From a virus, in IMG/VR virus record IMGVR_UViG_3300009175_000013, positions 10,638 to 74,637 of that record: 64,000 nucleotides of DNA; one strand, given 5' to 3'. The translations under genes were made by a program, and so were the position numbers. The notes beneath the pieces are model-generated. The model had not been told where the DNA came from, ran no database searches, and saw only the letters and a program-made list of their open reading frames with translations. Positions 56,301-64,000 of this stretch are shown here, piece after piece (the stretch's first letter is position 1; each line of letters starts with the position of its first letter).

Positions 56301-56359
56301 AATTTAGTTTTGCCTACAAATAGGCAATCCGCCCGCTACCATCACGATAAGCATGGCGT

Positions 56360-56881
56360 TCAAATACGGGCGTATAAAGGTGCAGGCACACCCCCAGCCA
56401 GAACTGCCCTAAATCGGCTCGGCTTAACGATCAACTTCGAGCCAGCCCGCCGCAGCCCCCCAACATTCTCTTTACTAAGCGTCTGCACTCCCATGATCTG
56501 CTGGGTAGGAAGCATCTTGGTAAAAAGATCGCGCAGCATTCCCGGCCCAAGGAACTTATTAACAGATACCTGCACATCCACTAAATTGCCAGCCTCATCG
56601 AAAAAATACTGGGCCTGCTGTAGACCCACAACCCCCATCAACTGGGCCAACCTGGGAAGGACATCAGATAGGATGTTATTGTGCTTGGTCGGGTCATATT
56701 GTGTCCGCCCGCCGCTCCAATCGCCAATGACCAAGCCGACTTCGCCATCTGCTAATTTAATTAAGAGTGAATACCCAGGTTTATACTCCGCGATGAGATA
56801 GCAGTACACACCCACCACTTCGGGGCAGTCAGCAATCCCCCTAATAGTTGGGTATGGCAGCAGCTTGGGCATCTCAAACAT
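56360..56881 (-). CDS. hypothetical protein
   Basis: ORF in a tightly packed operon. Confidence 0.6.
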   Translation of the reverse strand: MFEMPKLLPYPTIRGIADCPEVVGVYCYLIAEYKPGYSLLIKLADGEVGLVIGDWSGGRTQYDPTKHNNILSDVLPRLAQLMGVVGLQQAQYFFDEAGNLVDVQVSVNKFLGPGMLRDLFTKMLPTQQIMGVQTLSKENVGGLRRAGSKLIVKPSRFRAVLAGGVPAPLYARI

Positions 56882-57182
56882 ACCACACTCCAACCTTGTC
56901 TTGCTGCAGAACAGCGTAGGTGCCAGGGACGGCCCCCTGGATTTCACCAACGCTCATATCAACAGCTTTGCTCAACATTAGCCCAGGCGGCGTCATCACC
57001 AACAGCTTAATCATTCCATCGCGAACTACTTGTAGCGTCCCATCTGGGCGCATGAGATTGATCACTCCGAACCACTTGGTTCGAACAATCCAGCCGTGGC
57101 GGATGATAATATCACCTATCTTGGGTTTCCACTCTGATAGGGGCTTGAAATGGATCAGTGGCAGCTTAACGTCTTTATCCAT
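56874..57182 (-). CDS. hypothetical protein
   Basis: GGAG SD; WKPKIGD SH3-like start. Confidence 0.6.
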   Translation of the reverse strand: MDKDVKLPLIHFKPLSEWKPKIGDIIIRHGWIVRTKWFGVINLMRPDGTLQVVRDGMIKLLVMTPPGLMLSKAVDMSVGEIQGAVPGTYAVLQQDKVGVWYV

Positions 57183-57352
57183 GCGATCACTCCGAAATAT
57201 TTCAAGCCAATTGCCAGCATGAAGGACGCCGGGAAGACCATCCAAAACACGAATTTCCACAAAAGGTGGACCCGTAACGGGATCACGGCCAAAATCCAAA
57301 CCCCGGTGATCAGAAGCGTCGTCGCTACAATGTCAGCTAAGAACTGGAGCAT
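57155..57352 (-). CDS. small two-TM membrane protein
   Basis: two hydrophobic stretches. Confidence 0.55.
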   Translation of the reverse strand: MLQFLADIVATTLLITGVWILAVIPLRVHLLWKFVFWMVFPASFMLAIGLKYFGVIAWIKTLSCH

Positions 57353-57747
57353 CTCGTAATTTGCCCTGTAAACGGATCAAAAAAGAAAACTCCCTCTGGG
57401 AGTGTCCATTTTACCCTAAGGCCATCTCTGATCCCGCCCAGACGCTGTCTAATTAGATCATCCAACCACATCCGACCACCAGTGTTAATGGGTTGGATTG
57501 GCACCGTCTTTCCCTTATTGCGCTCCTCGGCTTCCACGCGCTTCTTCAAGATGGTGAACCCCTCCAATAGCATCTGCTTGTAGGTACAATTGGGGGTAGC
57601 ATTAACCTGGTAATTCTTACCTTCAGATTGGATGATGGCTTTGACCTCCGGATTCTTCTCAACGTATCCTGGGAGGAATTCCTGGATAGCAGACCGGAGA
57701 TCATGAAGAGAATCTACTACGACCGCTTTGTCTTTGTTTAATTTCAT
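57337..57747 (-). CDS. hypothetical protein
   Basis: ATGA overlap with the upstream gene. Confidence 0.65.
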   Translation of the reverse strand: MKLNKDKAVVVDSLHDLRSAIQEFLPGYVEKNPEVKAIIQSEGKNYQVNATPNCTYKQMLLEGFTILKKRVEAEERNKGKTVPIQPINTGGRMWLDDLIRQRLGGIRDGLRVKWTLPEGVFFFDPFTGQITRCSSS

Positions 57748-58073
57748 AACTTCTTTATATACCCGCAGTTAACATTGGAACAGGCCAGCATGTCACCCTT
57801 ACCAATTTTAGATACTCTCTTGAGCACTGATCTACAGAGCGTGCACCTAGCCTCCTGGACTATAGTTGCAGTGACTGGGGCAGGCGCTCGCCTCAGTACA
57901 AGGGGCCGAGGCCGAGGCTGCACCAATGGTTGCCGCGCAGGCTGGGCTGGCTGGGGCTGAGCCTGCTGGACTGGTTGGGTCGAGACAACCTTAGTCTGGA
58001 CAAATGGGCGAGCCATAGTGCGGCCAACCCTTGGATTCCGCACCGTATTACCACTACCGCAGCCACATCCCAT
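57744..58073 (-). CDS. small Cys-containing protein
   Basis: MGCGCG start, Q/P linker, C-terminal CxxC..CxxxxC. Confidence 0.65.
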   Translation of the reverse strand: MGCGCGSGNTVRNPRVGRTMARPFVQTKVVSTQPVQQAQPQPAQPARQPLVQPRPRPLVLRRAPAPVTATIVQEARCTLCRSVLKRVSKIGKGDMLACSNVNCGYIKKL

Positions 58074-58081
58074 AGTATCTC

Positions 58082-59161
58082 CTATTGCGAAATAACTGGA
58101 CCCTCAGTAGTATACTCCCACTTATACCCCTTATAAGGTTTGCCGGACCTTAGGGCGGCCATAAGACATGACTGATTGTTGCCATCTTTAATGGCGTCGG
58201 AAATACTCTGATATTCCTTACGATCCACCCCAATGGCCGCAATTGGCCTGCGTAGAATTCCATGCACTGGTCTTGGAGTAATTTTTGGCTCAAGTGCTTG
58301 TTTCAACAGATCTGGATTGTTGTAGTTCTCTTTGTATATCCACCTAAATCCGACCGCTGATTTAGTTCTACCTATTGCACAATTATATATTGTGCGGCTT
58401 GTTACTTTGTGCTCCCTCATGGCGTCTTCTACCGATTTGTATTCGCACAAAATTTGCCCGCCGCCATCCATTTTTATTATCGGTTTGCTGCTAATTAAAG
58501 TTGCAATTTCTTTAGTACGTCTAATATACTCAGCACTATGCCTGTTTATACCATTGGCATCTAAAATCCGCTGAATGGTCGCTCTATCACATTTCCACTT
58601 TTCACTAATTGGACCAACTTGCATACCAGATTTAAAATCATTCATGATTTTAACTTCATCATCTTGATTAAATTTAAAGTAATCTGGCCTTACAACTTCT
58701 ACTGGCCTAACTTTTTCATATTCTTCAAAGAGTTTAGCTAATTGAAGTTGATAATCAATCTCGTCTTGCGGCCCGTCCCTTACTTCAACCCTGTTGGTAA
58801 TAAACCATTTATGCTGATCTGGCCTATCTCGCTCAAGTTTGCCCTCAAGAACCCAGGGCGATGTGTGGGCCGAAGTCATTCTAAAATCATGACATCCGGC
58901 GCATATAGTAATACCACAATCCACTTCAAACGCAGTCTTTATCCATTTTTTGGATATTAGGTGATGCGCATTTAAATATTTTTCAGCCCCACACATAAAA
59001 CATTTATAGCCATCTCTAATTCTGACTAGTTCAGACCATATCTCTAAGCAATATTTTCTTAAGGACTTCCTGCTAGCTTTTCGGCCCAAATATTGTTTAA
59101 TTTTAACAACATGCCGCCGCCTAGATATAAGCTTGCTGTTCGATTCATGCGCAAATACCAT
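58082..59161 (-). CDS. HNH endonuclease with NUMOD1-like DNA-binding domains
   Basis: RDGYKCFMCG...LNAHH...GITICAGCH; EYKSVEDA...KSAVGFRW. Confidence 0.85.
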   Translation of the reverse strand: MVFAHESNSKLISRRRHVVKIKQYLGRKASRKSLRKYCLEIWSELVRIRDGYKCFMCGAEKYLNAHHLISKKWIKTAFEVDCGITICAGCHDFRMTSAHTSPWVLEGKLERDRPDQHKWFITNRVEVRDGPQDEIDYQLQLAKLFEEYEKVRPVEVVRPDYFKFNQDDEVKIMNDFKSGMQVGPISEKWKCDRATIQRILDANGINRHSAEYIRRTKEIATLISSKPIIKMDGGGQILCEYKSVEDAMREHKVTSRTIYNCAIGRTKSAVGFRWIYKENYNNPDLLKQALEPKITPRPVHGILRRPIAAIGVDRKEYQSISDAIKDGNNQSCLMAALRSGKPYKGYKWEYTTEGPVISQ

Positions 59162-59218
59162 ATATCCTCCCACCTATCTTTGATTTAACACATGGGATTG
59201 CTGTGGAATATTAATTGG

Positions 59219-60079
59219 CTATCTTAGGTTCTTAAAACCCATCAGTGATGACCACTCGGCCATCAACCCAAGAACCCGATGCTTCATAATTAGCTCAAAG
59301 ACTGCCGCCCTATCATACTTGACTGGTTTGGCCATCTCGCTCAAGACATACAGGTAATTGCTCACCACATATGGGTTGAATGATAGGTCGATAAGAGCTA
59401 AGTTACGCTTGAGTTTAGCCGGGTCCACAGTCTTAAGAAACTCAGCCAAGAGGGCAGGGTTGGCCGCTAGCTCAGCACTCTTAACTGGTCCTATTCCCCG
59501 ATATCCTTCCACGTTGTCCGCCTCATCTCCACTCAGCGATTTAGCTAGCGCCTTGTCGCACTGAGGCTCTTCTGCAAGCTTGCCTTCCTTGGGCAAGTAA
59601 ATCTGCACGTGCGGCATCGACCATTGCAGTTGCAAAAAATCAGAGTCACTCGACACCACAATAACGCTGCGGTTCTGGCTGAGATCGGCACAGGGCGGGT
59701 GCCCCATAGCCTTACAGGCGGAGTAAATCAGGTCATCGCACTCTTGGTTCTGTCTATAGTATTGCCGCACTCCCATATTTGGTAGGATTTCCATAGCGGC
59801 ATTGATCAACGTGAAGAGCGCATCTTGGACGTCTGGGGTGTAGTGGACCATCTTGTCGCGTTGGTCCTTGTACTCGTTGAGTACTTTCTTCCGCCAGATT
59901 TCACTCTTAGGGCAATCCCAGAAGACGTGAACCGCCTCGGGCTTGAATTTTTCAATCCAAACATGAGTGAAGCTTAACCACACCGTAAAGGGATGGCGTT
60001 TGGCATATTTGGGGCTGCGAGATGCAAACAGCGCCCGATAAGCCGTGTTTTTACCGTCGACTAGTAGTATGTTGGCCAT
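59219..60079 (-). CDS. 5'-3' exonuclease / T4 RNase H-like flap nuclease
   Basis: LLVDGKN, YKDQR, ECDDLI, SSDSDFLQL, GDEADNVEG..GIGP. Confidence 0.92.
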   Translation of the reverse strand: MANILLVDGKNTAYRALFASRSPKYAKRHPFTVWLSFTHVWIEKFKPEAVHVFWDCPKSEIWRKKVLNEYKDQRDKMVHYTPDVQDALFTLINAAMEILPNMGVRQYYRQNQECDDLIYSACKAMGHPPCADLSQNRSVIVVSSDSDFLQLQWSMPHVQIYLPKEGKLAEEPQCDKALAKSLSGDEADNVEGYRGIGPVKSAELAANPALLAEFLKTVDPAKLKRNLALIDLSFNPYVVSNYLYVLSEMAKPVKYDRAAVFELIMKHRVLGLMAEWSSLMGFKNLR

Positions 60080-60088
60080 ATAGAAAGA

Positions 60089-60118
60089 GAGGAGGCGCAG
60101 GGTTGACTGCGCCTCCTC
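60089..60118 (-). terminator. hairpin after the SSB gene
   Basis: gaggaggcgcag/ctgcgcctcctc. Confidence 0.7.
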
Positions 60119-60135
60119 CCGAAAAGACCGTGGGA

Positions 60136-61233
60136 TTACTTGCCATCATCGAGTTCGTCGAGCAGGCTCTGCAGTTCGGCGTCTTCGACATCGGCCTTGG
60201 GCTTCTCACCCTTGGCATCGGCTGCCGGAGGGGTAATCGGATCTTCCGCCGGGGCTTCGGCTTCCGGGGTTGCCGGCGGAGTCGGATCTTCGGCTTCCGT
60301 GACAACCGGAGCTGGGGTCGTGACCTTCGGTGGGGTCGCCGTGGCCTTCGGACGACCAGCCGTTTGCTTCGGGGGCGTGGCGGCGGGTTTGGGGGCTGCT
60401 GGAGCAGCCGCGTCTTCATCAAACCCGGCTCCCGGATCGGTCGCCTCTGCCGGCTCGCCGCTCATCAGTTGCTTAACCAGGGTTGCCATGGCGGCCTGGT
60501 CACGCGGCGGGAACTTGGTGTAGAGGTCGAACCGCGAGTCCAGAATCTGCTGGATTCTGTCCGCCAACGGCTTGCCGCCGCTGGAGGCAAGGGGTTTCTT
60601 GACATTGGCCAGGAACTTGGAGGTGGTGTACTCGTTGTACTTGTTCTTTTTCTTGGCTACCAGCTGGAACAGGTACGCATCTTCCTCGTCGTAGAACACC
60701 CCGAAGGCCTGGGGGTCTGCCGGATCGCCCGCATTCTGGGCCATCAAGCAGCCTTCCCAAACATCATAGACCTGCTTGGGGGCGTTCATCCACATGACCT
60801 TGCCGGCCACGTCGTCCGGATTGGTCCCATCCTTGGGGAAGTAGATGTTGACGGCATAGTTGGTGCGGGGGAGCCACTGCTTGGCGATTTCCTTCCGCCG
60901 TTCCTTGTCGTCCGTCTCTCCCATCAGGTCGAAACCGTTCTGGCAGGCGGCGCAGTCCATTTCGTCGTGGACGCGGGGGCAACCGTGGGGACGGTTGTTG
61001 AACCAGTGGCTACCATTCTGGACGTAGAAGAGATCCATCGTCCGGGTGGCAACCCCATCGGCGCACTTCTCCCCCTTCTTCAGCGGGGGCAGCACGAAGA
61101 ACCGATACTTGCCCGGCTCGCCATCCTTGGCGGTGGGGCAGCGGAATTCGTTGGGATCCTTGAACCGGCTGCCCTTCTTCTCTTGGAGCTTCTTCCGCAC
61201 CGCCTCAACGTCATACTTACCTGGGGTACCCAT
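60136..61233 (-). CDS. single-stranded DNA-binding protein (gp32-like)
   Basis: RFFVLPP, HW...CP....CAAC Zn site, acidic tail LLDELDDGK; AAGGAG SD. Confidence 0.8.
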   Translation of the reverse strand: MGTPGKYDVEAVRKKLQEKKGSRFKDPNEFRCPTAKDGEPGKYRFFVLPPLKKGEKCADGVATRTMDLFYVQNGSHWFNNRPHGCPRVHDEMDCAACQNGFDLMGETDDKERRKEIAKQWLPRTNYAVNIYFPKDGTNPDDVAGKVMWMNAPKQVYDVWEGCLMAQNAGDPADPQAFGVFYDEEDAYLFQLVAKKKNKYNEYTTSKFLANVKKPLASSGGKPLADRIQQILDSRFDLYTKFPPRDQAAMATLVKQLMSGEPAEATDPGAGFDEDAAAPAAPKPAATPPKQTAGRPKATATPPKVTTPAPVVTEAEDPTPPATPEAEAPAEDPITPPAADAKGEKPKADVEDAELQSLLDELDDGK

Positions 61234-61279
61234 AACTGTCTCCTTTTTCGCCTCTTGCTCTTTGCTACATTGCAAATTG

Positions 61280-61801
61280 CTATTGGCTCTGTGACATCTC
61301 TGCTTTAGCGAAACCCGCCAACGACCTGATGTTGTCGGACTTCATTCTGATTGCTTCTACCATGAAATACGCCTTGCCAGTGTGCTTATTAAGCAGGATG
61401 GCCTTGGCCTCCAGCTCATTCAGCTCGCGGTCGGCTTCGATGATAGTCTGGACCTGTTTATCAGTCAATTTCACGGAAGCAGCGACAGCTTGTTTAATGG
61501 CCTGGTCCGCCAAAACGCCGCGCCGCGTCTTGACTTTGCGCTCGAGCAGCGCGACCCGCATTTTCAGCTCACTATAAATAGCACCCCAATAGGCAAATTC
61601 GGAGGGAGTATCGGCGAGCTGATCCTGGATAATGGTATAATCGACATCGAGGTCGGCACGCATGTCAACCTCGATGCGCTGTGCTTGTGAAGTTAAAGTG
61701 GCAGGCTTAATCTCGATAGTGAATTTGAAGAGGGAGCTGTTCGAGACTTCTTCCGGAACGTATTCGTCAAACCACTTCGGTTGCTGCCTTTTCCGTGACA
61801 T
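61280..61801 (-). CDS. UvsY-like recombination mediator
   Basis: helical; KLTDKQVQTII; adjacent to SSB. Confidence 0.55.
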   Translation of the reverse strand: MSRKRQQPKWFDEYVPEEVSNSSLFKFTIEIKPATLTSQAQRIEVDMRADLDVDYTIIQDQLADTPSEFAYWGAIYSELKMRVALLERKVKTRRGVLADQAIKQAVAASVKLTDKQVQTIIEADRELNELEAKAILLNKHTGKAYFMVEAIRMKSDNIRSLAGFAKAEMSQSQ

Positions 61802-62036
61802 GCTGGAAACCCCATGCCTTTCTGTCTATGTCCTGTGACGCTGTGCTACTGTGGCTCACTGTCTGTGTCTTCAATGTCGCTACGCTGTGTGCTACGCTTG
61901 TCTTTGTGCTGATTTTACTCTGTGCTTTTTGCTCTATTTTCTCAAGTGCCTGTTGCTTCCGTTGCCATTCTTTCTTAAGTGCTCTCTTCTTCTTTCTCTT
62001 TTGCTCTTTCTGAAATTTTTTCTCGCTGCTTGACAT
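61767..62036 (-). CDS. small basic protein
   Basis: Lys-rich N-terminus. Confidence 0.5.
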   Translation of the reverse strand: MSSSEKKFQKEQKRKKKRALKKEWQRKQQALEKIEQKAQSKISTKTSVAHSVATLKTQTVSHSSTASQDIDRKAWGFQHVTEKAATEVV

Positions 62037-63201
62037 CTGCTACGCTATTAAACCGGCAGTGTTCTTTCCAATCCTTAAAGCCCCGCCCAATGCTGACGAC
62101 CAGCGGGAACTGAGGGTTATCGTCTAAAATACCTCGGAAAGGCTGTACCATTATATTGGCGATGTTGAGTATTTTCGCCCGGACTTCCGATTTTTGCGCA
62201 GTAACTATCAACGAGTCGTGGCTCTCCATCAGAATACTATCGGGGTATAAATCCCATACCCTGCGTAGACACACCTGCATCCCATGAGCAACCGAGCCCT
62301 GAATCGTAGCGTTAAAGACCGACTTAATATCCCTATCCCCGCCGACCTTAAATCTCCTACCCATAACACTACTCAAGCAGCCAGTCGCCTGGACCTTCTC
62401 ACGGCACTCCTTCCGCCACTTGCCAAAACCACTATAGAACTTCAACGCAATATTGTCGTCCTCGTCCAATTTATAGATCGAACTAAGAAGAGCTCTCTTG
62501 CCCTCATCCCTATTCCATTTATATATGGTCTGATTAAAACGATCAACCATATACTGATATGGATCACTCTCCACGAACGACGCCTGCAGCTTGGGGTCCT
62601 TGCTCATCAGTGTCGCCGCCCGCATATCCGCAGCCACCCAATCGAAATGCAGATAATAGGGATCATTATTAACATTGGCTAAATATCCCTTCCCCATACC
62701 CTGGATCGGCACCCCAGTGGTCCTACTACGTCCAGAATATACCCACCCCCAGGTGGGAAACACAACCTCGCTTCCGCCGCACCTCACGCCCCTCTTCTGA
62801 AGATGGGCATAGACCACCGCTGCTTTGGCACGAACAGACTGCCACAATTGCGGCTCAACCCGCATCATTTTAGCCATCACCGTGCTAATAGTCTTACGAC
62901 ACGCCGCCAAATCATGCCCTGGGTGTAGCGGCGTCAGATCAAGATCGTAAACCGATTGCGGATGATCCTGTAGATCGAACCCCAAAATATGCTGTTTGTA
63001 GTCATTCAGAACTACCGCCGGATTTGAGGCAATGATCGTCTTGACCTCAAGTAGCGATTGCTCAATCTCATACAACGTTAGCCCCGTGCCCCTCAAATAG
63101 AGCGGATAAAACTTGGCTGACTTAAAGGTTGTGTTGATGACGCCAGTCAGAAGAGGGCGACTATCTCGACGTGAATCGAACAGCGTGTAGACGTAGAGCA
63201 T
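61975..63201 (-). CDS. family A DNA polymerase-like protein (short, divergent)
   Basis: SGR, FDWVAADMR, RDEGK, FNATIQGS, SHDSL. Confidence 0.8.
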   Translation of the reverse strand: MLYVYTLFDSRRDSRPLLTGVINTTFKSAKFYPLYLRGTGLTLYEIEQSLLEVKTIIASNPAVVLNDYKQHILGFDLQDHPQSVYDLDLTPLHPGHDLAACRKTISTVMAKMMRVEPQLWQSVRAKAAVVYAHLQKRGVRCGGSEVVFPTWGWVYSGRSRTTGVPIQGMGKGYLANVNNDPYYLHFDWVAADMRAATLMSKDPKLQASFVESDPYQYMVDRFNQTIYKWNRDEGKRALLSSIYKLDEDDNIALKFYSGFGKWRKECREKVQATGCLSSVMGRRFKVGGDRDIKSVFNATIQGSVAHGMQVCLRRVWDLYPDSILMESHDSLIVTAQKSEVRAKILNIANIMVQPFRGILDDNPQFPLVVSIGRGFKDWKEHCRFNSVADVKQREKISERAKEKEEEST

Positions 63202-63218
63202 ACGCCTGTAATACACCG

Positions 63219-63572
63219 CTATAGTTTGATTGTCTTGGGGTGGGAATCATGGCCGCGAGCCTGTTGGAGTTTCAGAACCACATCCCGCGATTCACCCTCT
63301 TTGCGGTGCTCTGCATAGGGATCGTTGCCAGTCACCATGCGATGCATATCCATATCGCGGCGGACCCCCGTCTTATCGGCGAACCCATACCCCTTGATGT
63401 AGGATGACTGCATCCCCAGCACAGGTAGGATATGCGTTGACCCACAGACGGGGCACGCCTCCCCCTCGAAGGCATGCCTGTCTCGGATTTCATTGAAAAC
63501 CGCTGTGGAAAGATTATAGGGAGACTGCCCCGCCTCCTTCTCCACGCAGTCAAAACACCACTTAGCCTTCAT
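63219..63572 (-). CDS. FmdB-like Zn-ribbon protein
   Basis: CFDC...CPVCGS...YIKGYG. Confidence 0.65.
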   Translation of the reverse strand: MKAKWCFDCVEKEAGQSPYNLSTAVFNEIRDRHAFEGEACPVCGSTHILPVLGMQSSYIKGYGFADKTGVRRDMDMHRMVTGNDPYAEHRKEGESRDVVLKLQQARGHDSHPKTIKL

Positions 63573-63912
63573 AGATCTCATGTTCCGTGTCGTGGCTGAG
63601 CTTCACCAGAACATCGGCGATCTTGACAATCACCACGGACCGGCCCGCATACCCGCCCGATTCTGGCGTCAAATCAGCCAATACCTTCCGCTGGAAAATG
63701 ACACGATCCCCCAGGACAAGAGCATCCTGCGCCCAGCCGGTAGGATAGCTGCCAATCCCCACCACGATCCCCTCGTTGCCGATGTGCTGCAGCTTGTCAT
63801 TGTCGATAGACAAACCATCCGGCACCTTGATGTCACGCATAATCGCAACATAATCGTTCAGAACGTTGATCTTCTTGAGTCTCTTCGAGTCGGACGCGGT
63901 TGTTTCGCTCAT
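63562..63912 (-). CDS. groES: co-chaperonin GroES-like
   Basis: LNDYVAI, EGIVVGIG, LGDRVIF, IVKIADVL. Confidence 0.8.
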   Translation of the reverse strand: MSETTASDSKRLKKINVLNDYVAIMRDIKVPDGLSIDNDKLQHIGNEGIVVGIGSYPTGWAQDALVLGDRVIFQRKVLADLTPESGGYAGRSVVIVKIADVLVKLSHDTEHEIYEG

Positions 63913-64000
63913 TGTACTTCCTCTATAGCCATCGTGTTATAATTGATGCGAATCTGGATCGTGATGAAACGCGATCCAGTGCGGTTCTTGGCTATGTACA

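Noticed and set aside
1-64000. tRNA, rRNA or integrase genes
   Set aside because: None recognised by eye and intergenic gaps are short; a tRNAscan/Infernal run is needed to be certain.

Overview
A 64-kb segment of a large T4-like (myovirus-type, probably jumbo) dsDNA phage genome. Almost all genes are on the minus strand. It holds the head module: major capsid gp23, scaffolds, protease gp21, portal gp20 with an HNH-bearing intein, and divergent terminase genes with a mini-intein in TerL. It also holds baseplate and tail genes (gp6, gp25, gp5-like, gp53, gp27-like, tape measure, gp26/gp51-like, three tube paralogs, sheath gp18, gp15, gp14, gp13). Other genes encode a gp55-like sigma factor, UvsW, primase, an RNase H-like nuclease, SSB, a UvsY-like protein, a short PolA-like protein, GroES, two DNA methyltransferases, purB, glycosyltransferases and at least six free-standing homing-type endonucleases. 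The most unusual feature is the neck gene gp13, which is fractured in a non-canonical way. Its N-half ends in a nearly complete Hint domain that stops at His with no terminal Asn. A PD-(D/E)XK endonuclease gene follows. The C-half is fused behind an SprT-like metalloprotease domain instead of a C-intein. Other signals are a recurrent CAAAnnTA promoter-like motif (about 20 copies, four of them exactly 4 nt before an ATG) and a candidate +1 frameshift (TTC TTT CGC) linking the gp26- and gp51-like genes. All family assignments are from motif recognition by eye, not from database searches.
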